Origin: Rubritalea sp.
GTDB taxonomy: Bacteria; Verrucomicrobiota; Verrucomicrobiia; Verrucomicrobiales; Akkermansiaceae
Reading direction: 5' to 3'
NCBI GenBank assembly: GCA_965204255.1
Contig: CBDBEG010000052.1
Span: forward strand, 256,225 to 320,224
DNA: 64,000 bases
The notes under the pieces are model-generated. The model was not told the DNA's origin. It searched no databases and saw nothing but the letters and a program-made list of their open reading frames with translations. Both the position numbers and the translations under genes were made by a program. Positions 1 to 8,680 of the stretch are shown here, piece after piece (the stretch's first letter is position 1; each line of letters opens with the position of its first letter).

Positions 1-447
1 AATGCACGTTCACATATTTCTGCAAAATTTTGTACTTATAGCTACCAACATTATATTGCATTCACCATGGTATATTCTCCAAATTTTTTTGGGATATAGC
101 TACAATGTAACTGTGGAATATAGAGCATGTGGTATGTGCACTTGCTTCCAGCCTCACCCATTTAAAAAAATAATTTCTGTGCATATAGCTGTTCTCAGGT
201 CTCCAAAGTTTCACTTACATGAGATATCAATACATTTTCACTTAGTGCATGTGATGTTTACTGCAAATAACTGCCTAGAAGTAGTATGATTAATCACTCA
301 GAACTATACTGGTCTAACCTAAAATCAAGTATTGGAAATTGCATGATGCAATAAAAACTTACATACCCTGTGAGCATAAGACTAAAATTTGAAATTTTAA
401 CATTTTCAGCAGCTCCTGAAACACATTTTGAGAGTATTCCCATGTTA

Positions 448-454
448 GGGGGGG
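448..454 (+). repeat. Poly-G tract, G7 (U1)
   Basis: The context is catgtta-G7-ctaactcaac. Confidence 0.95.
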
Positions 455-1913
455 CTAACTCAACATTTGTGGGTTAGACCACTCTGGTTCTCAACCCTTC
501 ATATTATCTTCTGCCTTTAGAGTCTAATAACTATAAATAGTACAGTAAATCCTCTAATAACAGACCCTCTGAGAAGCGGACAACCTCTCTACAGCGGACG
601 GCTCACTTGCCCCTGATTGATTTTACCATAAAACTAATACATTTCGAACCTCCGAGAAGCGGACACCTCTCAACTCCGAACAACGGACACTGATCAGTCC
701 CCAACGTACCTTGGCCAATACAAAATTACCTCCGAAAACGGACAGTGAAGCTACACCCACATAATGCTGATGCTTAATCACTGTCATATCTTCTGCCTTT
801 AGAGTCTAAGTAGTATAGGCATGTAGCTAGTGTAATGAGTGTGTGGCATGGTTGAGTTCACACACTATAGGTATTAGGTATTGGGGTGGTACTGACTTAC
901 AGTGTATAATATAGGAGAATGTAGAATATTGCAGGGGCAAGGGGTGCTGAAGCACCTGTTGTGGGGTGAGCAATAAGGGCAATATTGCTTGGCTAGCTAA
1001 AGCTACATCAGTGCATAGTTCCAGATCTGATAGGCCATGCATATAGCTGACAGGAATTGTCATTCCTTATAGCCACAAGAATGACTGAAGCCTGTCAACT
1101 AATGAGTTATGGATTCACCAGGAAACCCTCCATTTCATTCCATAGGTATACATACTATAAAAGTGAAACAGTTTACAATGGCAAGGTATCAACACATTTT
1201 CATCATTTACATTCAGGAAGTCAACAGGCACATATCCTACTAAATATTAATTCTACTACCAAGTAAGGTTTGCATGGGTTTTTTCAGTCAAACTGGGAAG
1301 AACAACTGCTTCTTGTATATGAAGTTGAAAACAATGAAAGGGACCACATGTTTATGGACACTTGTAAGTAATTACAATAGCTGTTATATACATGATATAC
1401 ATGCACACACTTTTGCCTTTAGTATCTCTTTAATAAAGCCCTCAAGTGCAAAAGTTGCACTGGAACTGCAGGTTTGGTCACAATTGATTAAACCTGTCCA
1501 TTGGTCTCCCTCTGATTGTAGCCCATAAAGCTTTATATGTGTACAGTACCTCAAGTAGTGACTGCAGTGCTACTCAGCTTAATTTTCATTTATGTTCAAG
1601 TTAATTTTTTGGTATTTTTTCTGGTTGTCTGAGAATTAGCTAATGACTAGCTATGTTGAAAGCCTTTATACACTTGATTGATGGAATAACTGATCGACTG
1701 CCAAGTTAATATGTAAATGTTGATAAGTCATGCTTATTATTGCACATCAACAATGTGTTTATCATGATTGTCTCTATAATCTCTTCATTAGCTTCATAGT
1801 TACTGCTGGCAGCAAGTAGAGGGTGTATGTATGCATATATGCATGCTCATTAGTTGTATGCCTATATTCAATGTACTATGCCGATTAGTTGTGGCTTCAT
1901 TGACTAAAACTAG

Positions 1914-2185
1914 TCTCATGCCCAGACCGAACTCTCCCACAAGAAAACACAGTCTTGTGATCCAAGTCAATTTCCTTGGGCTGGTGTATCTTGGGGAAAA
2001 GTTCAAAACATGTTGCGACACACCCACTCAAACACTGTTTAGATACCCAACTCAAGGTGCAAAGTTCATTGCTGCAAGTAAGGAAAGAGCTACAGAACAT
2101 TTAACAATTTCATTGGCCCAAGAAATTTGACTTTGTCCAACAGAATGGTTTCTTGCCGGGAGGCACATGTGGGCTGGGCATGAGA
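1914..2185. repeat. Degenerate inverted repeat (~70-bp arms, ~130-bp spacer) upstream of gene A
   Basis: The left arm is tctcatgcccagacc...caatttccttgggc (1914-1981). The right arm is gcccaagaaatttgac...gggctgggcatgaga (2116-2185). The 12 terminal bp match perfectly and overall identity is ~75 percent by eye. It recurs at the same offset in every unit, for example 11283-11554. Confidence 0.7.
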
Positions 2186-2449
2186 CGAGAGTAAAACGTA
2201 CCAGCTGAAAATCAAATTGAAAAGGAGCAGTTCTGTTTCAAAATTCATTCATAGTGAGAAGGGTTTTGACAATCTATAGGGAACCACCTAATATTCTATA
2301 GGGAGTCCTCTGAGATGTTAATTGTTCTATTCAGCATAATGATTCACACCTAACAAACTTCATAGATGATGTGCTCTGGATTCCATCATGAATGCAAAGT
2401 GAAGTTGAATCTCATCACTTCTATAAGTTCTAGCTTGACCAGTCAAGAG

Positions 2450-2457
2450 TATATAAA
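2450..2457 (+). promoter_or_regulatory. TATA box of gene A1
   Basis: TATATAAA lies 92 bp upstream of the ATG, at the same offset in A1-A5. Confidence 0.6.
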
Positions 2458-2541
2458 CCCCAAATCTCATGGTCCTCAGCATGGATTACCTTCATTCAAG
2501 GAACTTGAAGACAAACACTCACCTGTACTGCTGATGAAAAT

Positions 2542-3228
2542 ATGATAACCAACTGCTGCAGCATTGTTCTTGGAGTGTTCTTCCTGTTTGCCTGCTCTCT
2601 GCAATGCATTAGTGGCAGCACTTCTCCGGATTCATCCCTAGGAAATGTGGTCCTCTATTCTGTGACAAGAAGTACAAACCTGAATGTCACCCAGTCCATA
2701 AGTCTTGCCAACAACATCATGCAGGGTCTGAAACAAAAGGGAATAAGTGACAATGATTGCTGTGGGTGCAAGAAACGATCGGAAGACTACCTGATTCACC
2801 GATTCAAGACCGATTCACGAAACCCTGACTGCCTGCAAGTCAAGAAGATGCTTGAAGGTAACAATGCATCAGTCTTTGCCGTAACAGCTGACATTAGTTG
2901 TGTAAGGCCTACTTATGACTCTGAGTGCTTCCCAAGCAACAGCAAAGCCTCGTGTTCGTGGAGACAAAGTTTTGAGCCCATCCAGAATGCAAACAGTGAC
3001 ATTTTCCCCAAGTACGCTGTGAATACTGTGTGCAAGGGTTGCAATGAGTATGATTTTGCGTGCATGAATCAGCACAGGCAGTGCTACACCTACAAACAGG
3101 AAGTTGGATTTTATGTCCTGCAGAGAACAAACAGGTGCAGCAGTGATGGGTATGAAGAATGGGTGAGCACCTACACTCGACGGTACCTCAATGCGGCTTG
3201 CAGTTGCCAGTTCCTCCGCCGTGATTAG
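2542..3228 (+). CDS. Secreted Cys-rich protein, paralog A copy 1; IL-17-like cystine-knot C-terminal domain (inferred)
   Basis: Complete 228-aa ORF with signal peptide MITNCCSIVLGVFFLFACSLQCISG and sequons NVT and NAS. Motifs are ASCSW...DIFPKYAVNTVCKGC...AACSCQF. TATATAAA lies 92 bp upstream. Differences from A2 in the mature region are all synonymous (tcc/tct, aaa/aag, gtg/gta, aag/aaa, cag/caa). Confidence 0.8.
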   Translation: MITNCCSIVLGVFFLFACSLQCISGSTSPDSSLGNVVLYSVTRSTNLNVTQSISLANNIMQGLKQKGISDNDCCGCKKRSEDYLIHRFKTDSRNPDCLQVKKMLEGNNASVFAVTADISCVRPTYDSECFPSNSKASCSWRQSFEPIQNANSDIFPKYAVNTVCKGCNEYDFACMNQHRQCYTYKQEVGFYVLQRTNRCSSDGYEEWVSTYTRRYLNAACSCQFLRRD

Positions 3229-4065
3229 TAAAGTAGAATATCTGACCACAATAGTCAGTCATACCTGCAGACTCTAGTCTTTAGTATCATTTATAGCATA
3301 TAATTATCATGTATATAGTTGTAGCAGGTTACAGATCTTGATTGTACACATAGCTATCGTTTAAGAATATGAAATCATTTTGTTAAACAGTGAAGAAATG
3401 TGACCAATCACTTCGAGACGGTTATATGTTCTGTGCAGCAACATGTGACACACTAACAACCACTAGTCTAGCCAAGTTCTTGGAGACAAACACCTGCACT
3501 TCATAGAAAAGACCAAATGTATTCAAAGTTGTCTGAGACACTATAGCTAAGTTCAAATAATTTGCTGCAAATCAGTGCTAAGTTATAAGGTCTACTGATT
3601 TGCTCAACTCTTCATTTCCTCATAGCTACCTTTGACCATGCATTCCAGCTTTCTACAATCTAGTTGTACACATCAACTCATTGTGTGAAGAAAAGGTTGA
3701 AGCTAAATTATAGTCAGGCTCAATGTCTATTGGTGAATATTTTACGCACAATTTACTGGTACTATATCAGTTCTTACATTATGGAAGTTTCTAACGTAGT
3801 TGCGTTAAAAAACCTAGCTACTACTTGAAGAGCTGAATGCAAACCAGGACTCCCAAAGTGGGCTGATTAGTCTTCTGAACTGTCTTCATTCACACCATAC
3901 AAACAGGTAAGTAGCTGGTAGCTTGTGAACTAAGCTGTTAACTATCCCTGCTTCATGCAGGACAAGTATTTACATGCAAGCTGACTGTTTGCAACAGACA
4001 GCAGTACATAACAGTGCAACATATGAACATTACAGAACAATATTTTCGCAGATTAAAACTTATAG

Positions 4066-4166
4066 CAGTCGCGCACGTTTCGCACGAGATCACGTGACAT
4101 GAGCGGGACGAACATGGTCCGGGCACGTGCCCGGCCAGGCCCGGCCTTCGCTACGCCTGTTGCTGT
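4066..4166. repeat. CpG-rich palindromic element (short form) immediately upstream of locus D
   Basis: It contains atcacgtgac and the 12-bp palindrome gggcacgtgccc (4121-4132). It is present in U1-U4 and U6 and absent from U5 (42050-42100). Confidence 0.6.
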
Positions 4167-4221
4167 AATCAACTACTTTCATATGCATTTGAAATCTAAC
4201 ACTCACCTGTATTGATCAAAC

Positions 4222-4983
4222 ATGTCCACCTATAGCTACTGTACTGTTGTAGCTATTCTTCTTGGAGTCGACATTCTATTTGTCTGCTTTCTGCATTGCA
4301 GTATTTTCATCCCTAGGAAATGTTGTCCTCCATCCTATGATAAACTGAAAGTCTTGATGATGACATCGACATCCTGCAGGACATCAATCACAATGACATC
4401 CTTAAGAACATCAACATCCTCAAGCACTTAGGAAATGTGGTCCTCCACTCAGGTTGGGAGCGACATAACTGGAAATCTTGCAGTGACATCCTGCAGGACA
4501 TCAAAAAAACAAGGAAATGTTTTCCCCCCACATTATTCAGGTTGGGACATAACTGAAAGTCCTGACATTAACCTCTTGCAGGACATCAACCAAAAACCCA
4601 AAATATGGTCCCCACACCATTCAGGTTGCCCGGGGACATAACTGAAAGTCTTGACAATGACATCCTCAGCTGCAGGGCATCAAACCACAATGATATCCAC
4701 ATCCTACAAGACATCAACCGAAAGGCAAGGAAATATAGTCCTCCATTCAGGTTGGGACATAACTGAAAGTCCTACAGTGACATCCCACATGCAGGATATC
4801 AACCAAAAAGCAAGGAATATGGTCTTGACGATGACATCTTGCAGGCCCAACATCAACCAAAGTGACAGGAATCACAATACAAGGTTGATAGTAAATTTTG
4901 CGTGGTGTGGTGCAAGGTACATATTGCAGTTAGGATCTAGGGGGCCTGCTTCTCCCAGTGTTTATTGCACATATAGGAGCTAA
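4222..4983 (+). pseudogene. Locus D copy 1: gene A-derived 5' end plus amplified 82-129-bp repeat, no cystine-knot domain
   Basis: The 5' UTR and signal-peptide region aligns to gene A (aacactcacctgta..ATG..ttcttggagt..ctgcaatgca..tccctaggaaatgtggtcctc). The reading frame is broken into 3 ORFs. A 1-bp deletion relative to D2 (gataaactgaaag) changes the product. AATAAA is at 5024-5029. Confidence 0.45.
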
Positions 4984-5433
4984 TGTTAAAATGAAAGGTG
5001 TCTGTGCACATAGCTACCCCTGCAATAAATAATGTCACGTCCATTGCTTCATTTCATTGCCAGTGGCTAAATCTGGCAGCCCAGTTGGAAGGCATGCTTC
5101 AGTATGTAAAACTAATACTGGTGCAGTTTAAACAAGGTGTCAACGATGAACACGATTAACATCTGCTAGACTCTCTCTCTCACTTTTCCAGATGGTGAGA
5201 GATGGACTGGCTTGACATAGGCACTGGCTTGGTGTAGGTTCTGACATAGCGACCTTCCAGCTGCAGAGCAATCTCCCCCTAACTACCAAAACAGAGATGG
5301 CCATATCTGAACTGGGACTCACAGGTAATGGTTCTGGTCTGAATCAAGAAGACTTGAGAACATTCAACCCAAAGATGTAAGAAAAAACATTGCAACCCAA
5401 AATTTTAGGGCATGGTTGTCATTTATCTTTGTA

Positions 5434-5550
5434 TGCGCATGCGCAGTTCCAAAAATGGCCGTGAAAACTTGTCCGCTACCTAAGGTCAGGGTTCGACTAG
5501 TCTCGCGTAGCAATACTCTCGCCGACGTGAGTCTGGCTACGCGAGATTAG
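5434..5550. promoter_or_regulatory. Conserved CpG-rich block: TGCGCATGCGCA palindrome, CCAAAAATGG, 15-bp-stem hairpin
   Basis: tgcgcatgcgca is at 5434-5445 and also at 14809, 23385, 32753, 43679 and 56079. ccaaaaatgg is at 5449-5458. ctagtctcgcgtagc (5497-5511) pairs with gctacgcgagattag (5536-5550). Its function is unknown. Confidence 0.3.
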
Positions 5551-6003
5551 AGTTCGACACACCATGGTTCACACAGGTCAGTTGGGTAAGAATCCTGCAT
5601 GCAGTTATATCATTGCCGTGCATTGCCATGTAAAGTCTTGCATCAAAGCGTTGACCATCTAAAACACGTAGTCTTGTTGACGCCAATTAAGTTTCGCCAT
5701 GCAGATGAGTGAATTAACGCAGGGCAATTTTATTGAGGCTATATCTGTTAGGCTACAGAACTCGCTCCCCCACCCACGCAACTCGACCTCCCGGTCTCCA
5801 CCCCAGATTGAGAACGGAAAACAGTGTTCCGCTTTGCAATTCACTCGTTCTGGCGCAATATCATTTTTCACTTTCTACGACATTATGGGAGGAAGATCTG
5901 AATTCTATGAGAATATTCCCATGCAAACCTTACCGACTTTCCGACTCTGTCAAGCACTGCACCGCTATGCATACAGTGGTTAACGCAAGTCCGAGGCTCT
6001 AGC

Positions 6004-6011
6004 TATAAATA
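6004..6011 (+). promoter_or_regulatory. TATA box of gene B1
   Basis: TATAAATA lies 117 bp upstream of the ATG and is followed by the small palindrome ctgcatgatatgcag. Confidence 0.6.
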
Positions 6012-6120
6012 TCCTATATCTGCATGATATGCAGTCAAACCAACGAGCTACTCCAATCCCACCACCAGTTGTGTCAGAGAAAGAATTACATTACCAATAC
6101 TCTAAGTATCATCAACAGCA

Positions 6121-6777
6121 ATGTATCTAAAATCGTTTATCTTTCTCAGTTTGTGCGCATATTCTCTCATTTCAGCGAATCCAGTCTCTGTCAATTTGAG
6201 CAGCGGTGACACTACGGCGGAACGGCCGACCTCAATTACTGGACTATCAGGTGATCAACCGAAGCCGACCCACACCACGCATAAGCGGCAGGCAGGCGAC
6301 AGTAGTGTAAATTCGGGCGGCGGACCGGACAACCGTCCTGCAAGCGGTACTGCATTATTCAATGCCGTCCAGCTAAACCCTCTCTATGCTCTCTCGGAGA
6401 TGGCAGAACTTAAACATGCCGATGCTATCACTCGCCGCAAACGCCAGCAGACCGGCTCCAATGTAAACGTCATTATACCAAGACAGATTTGCAGTAGTGT
6501 ACTCAGCATTCTGAATGATGACTCCATTCATGTTGCATGCCCGTCTAGCGGACACAACAATGTGTGGTATCAATGCGAATACCAAGAAAATCGAAACCCG
6601 CGTTATTTGATACAGGCTACGAGTTGTCAAACTGATCGGTCATGCGGGAGTCAGTGTCCCACAAATGGACAATGCAGGGACCATAATGCTACTGTGACCA
6701 TTGCAGAACATACCGGAGACTTTACTTGGCGAAGAGTTTCCACTCAGATCAGACTAGGCTGCCAGTGCCGACTCTAG
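6121..6777 (+). CDS. Secreted preproprotein, paralog B copy 1; IL-17-like/neurotrophin-like cystine-knot domain after an RRKR site (inferred)
   Basis: 218-aa ORF with signal peptide MYLKSFIFLSLCAYSLISA and a Pro/Gly/Ser-rich pro-region. RRKR is at residues 105-108 (nt 6433-6444). The following 110-aa domain has 9 Cys and the motifs VWYQCEYQENRNPRYLIQATSC...LGCQCRL. TATAAATA lies 117 bp upstream. Confidence 0.8.
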   Translation: MYLKSFIFLSLCAYSLISANPVSVNLSSGDTTAERPTSITGLSGDQPKPTHTTHKRQAGDSSVNSGGGPDNRPASGTALFNAVQLNPLYALSEMAELKHADAITRRKRQQTGSNVNVIIPRQICSSVLSILNDDSIHVACPSSGHNNVWYQCEYQENRNPRYLIQATSCQTDRSCGSQCPTNGQCRDHNATVTIAEHTGDFTWRRVSTQIRLGCQCRL

Positions 6778-7898
6778 TAGCCAATGAGGTATCAAGTTAG
6801 ATGCTATAGCTAGGGTAGTTTTGAATTTTTATAGCAGGAAGAGAACAGAACTATAGCTGCGGCATTCACTCACTTTTAGATCTATAATTATGCTGTATTA
6901 CTGTGATTATATATACCTTGAACTATATCACTTATGGACGATGACTTTTATGCATGTTTGAAATATTGTTTAATCCGGACAATCATACAGTGGAATCCGA
7001 CACCCCTCAACAGCGGATACCCGCGATATAACGGGCAATTTTGACAGTCTTGACTGTCGCGCGCGCGGTCCCAATTGAACGCAAACAACGCCTAACGAAC
7101 CCAATTTGGCGGACACCTGTCGACCTTTTCATGAAGACTGTCCACCATCGTTGCTGTAGATAACAACTTGACGTTAGATTAGCGCTGTTATTCGTAGTAC
7201 TATAGCCTCTGCTTAGCCTTCCCTGCCAGTGTACAGCAAAGTACAGCTCTGGAAACGCAGCCCCGCGTTGTCACGCTCAACAGCCCGATTACACATACCA
7301 CGCCTACCGCTCGCTGTAATGAACAAAATGTTGGTTCCCAATGGTGTCCGTTATTGTCACTTCCGATAAATCTGACTGCGTGCTGTATTTCCGTTTTTAC
7401 CGCATATATATAGGCAAACTCCGAGACATTTATAGCTTTTTCACAGCGGTATCCGGCCTTAGTGGTCGCGCGCCGTATGGGAATACCAAGGAAGTTCTCT
7501 TTACAAGGTAACATACTGCACCTTGCATGGCCTAACGTAGTAAACACCTTTTCCTGTTCTGATACAATTTAATTTGCACTCCAAGTGGATAGAAAAATTA
7601 TGTAGTAAGGTCTGTGCATGACATTTAGGCTGATCTCCTCCATGCACATATGTGAGTTAATTAAAATGGTGAATTATATACGCACTGACGTTTGAAATAG
7701 CTCAGGATTGTGTTCAAAGTACTTCATTTGAACTTCCTATTAAATACAAGTAGCTATATAACCAAGACAGAAATCATGCGAACTATAAAACTATCTGTAT
7801 ATTGTCACTGCTATCTAATGGCAAACTTACAAGCTAATATATGACAACAATCTATATATAGCTACACTTCTCTCAATACTCCTTTCTAATGGTTGTAG

Positions 7899-8570
7899 CT
7901 ATGATCGGCTGTAGTAACTACATCCGACCACCAGTGTCTCCGTCACTGGTTCCCACGAGTCGAATCCACTTGAATCACACTGCCTTTGCCGCTTCAGAAC
8001 TTTAGCTGTGATGGAAACTGGCGACGAACTGCATGAACATTCACTGCATGCGACATTGACTACAAATCTTGGAAACACATCCTCCCCAAGGTCTTTAATA
8101 TTGTGACTCCAAGTGCACTTTTGTGCAGTATTTTGTGAAAAGCATTGTGAATCATATCGCAAACTTCCATACTCTGTGTTAGTTGTCAGCACACAAGCTG
8201 GAGGTGAGCTGAGATGTGAGTCCGGTAGTGGAACTCTGGTGAGATTAGATCCAGAGACATTGCAGTGTTGGTAATACCGGTCTAGGATGTATGACTCGTT
8301 TCGCTTCTTGCAGTTGTGGCACGGCCCCATCCCTGCTCCTGCCAAACCTCCAGCAATCATGTTAGCCATTGCAGCAGTGTTGATGTTTCCTGTCTGTTGG
8401 ATTGAGAGCCCAGCCACTGCTTGTGCTACAACAACAGAGATGCTGTTGTTGGTGACAGATGATCCTTGTGGTGTGGGCAGTGTGTAGGCTGTGTGCAGAT
8501 GAAATGCACACAGAGCTGCAATGATTAGCAGTTGCATGCTTGCTTGTGTGGTAAACATGATGTTTTTCAC
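7899..8570 (-). CDS. Secreted Cys-rich protein, paralog C copy 1; IL-17-like (inferred), related to A
   Basis: 223-aa ORF with hydrophobic N-terminus MQLLIIAALCAFHLHTAYT and sequons NNS, NES, NVS and NLT. It shares CxxCKKRxExY and DSxCF...CxW with gene A. Motifs are KCTWSHNIKDLGEDVFPRFVVNVACSEC...VVGCSYY. A TATA box lies ~105 bp upstream on the minus strand. Confidence 0.8.
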   Translation of the reverse strand: MKNIMFTTQASMQLLIIAALCAFHLHTAYTLPTPQGSSVTNNSISVVVAQAVAGLSIQQTGNINTAAMANMIAGGLAGAGMGPCHNCKKRNESYILDRYYQHCNVSGSNLTRVPLPDSHLSSPPACVLTTNTEYGSLRYDSQCFSQNTAQKCTWSHNIKDLGEDVFPRFVVNVACSECSCSSSPVSITAKVLKRQRQCDSSGFDSWEPVTETLVVGCSYYSRS

Positions 8571-8672
8571 TCAAGATAGCTTCGAGGCAGATTTGCGATA
8601 AAAGTCTTTATCATTCACGTGCTGTCTCTTGTTGTTGCTGCTAACTGATGACAGTGGTGTTTCCATTCTCTC

Positions 8673-8680
8673 TATAAATA
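8673..8680 (-). promoter_or_regulatory. TATA box of gene C1
   Basis: The plus strand reads tataaata, which is TATTTATA on the coding strand. It lies ~105 bp upstream of the ATG at 8570. Confidence 0.55.

Noticed and set aside
827-1063. 78-aa minus-strand ORF recurring in each unit (MTIPVSYMHGLSDLELC...)
   Set aside because: It has no domain signal and lies in an AT-rich palindromic region. Its recurrence is explained by unit duplication. U5 and U6 versions are altered by indels.
2270-2330. NF-kB-like sites (gggaaccacc, gggagtcctc) in the duplicated tctataggga motif upstream of gene A
   Set aside because: Neither string fully fits GGGRNWYYCC. With no scan statistics available, these are too weak to report as sites.
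2869-3249. 126-aa and 73-aa antisense ORFs overlapping gene A in every unit (also 8287-8487 opposite gene C and 6373-6630 opposite gene B)
   Set aside because: These are shadow ORFs of the sense genes. The sense frames have signal peptides, conserved Cys patterns and synonymous-biased differences. The antisense frames change with those same substitutions.
5485-5560. tRNA or tRNA-derived SINE suggested by two GGTTCGA (B-box-like) strings
   Set aside because: No A box, acceptor stem or cloverleaf can be drawn. The strings are simply the two arms of an inverted repeat.
5699-6002. 94/125-aa and 89-aa overlapping plus-strand ORFs just upstream of gene B
   Set aside because: Two frames are open over the same DNA. 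Their length varies between copies (94, 125 and 83 aa). They run toward the gene B TATA region and have no recognisable protein features. Their conservation only reflects young repeats.
7200-7547. 115-aa minus-strand ORF in the CpG-rich B-C intergenic block
   Set aside because: It is broken or shortened in other units (109, 63, 63, 66 aa) by small indels, so it is not maintained as coding sequence.
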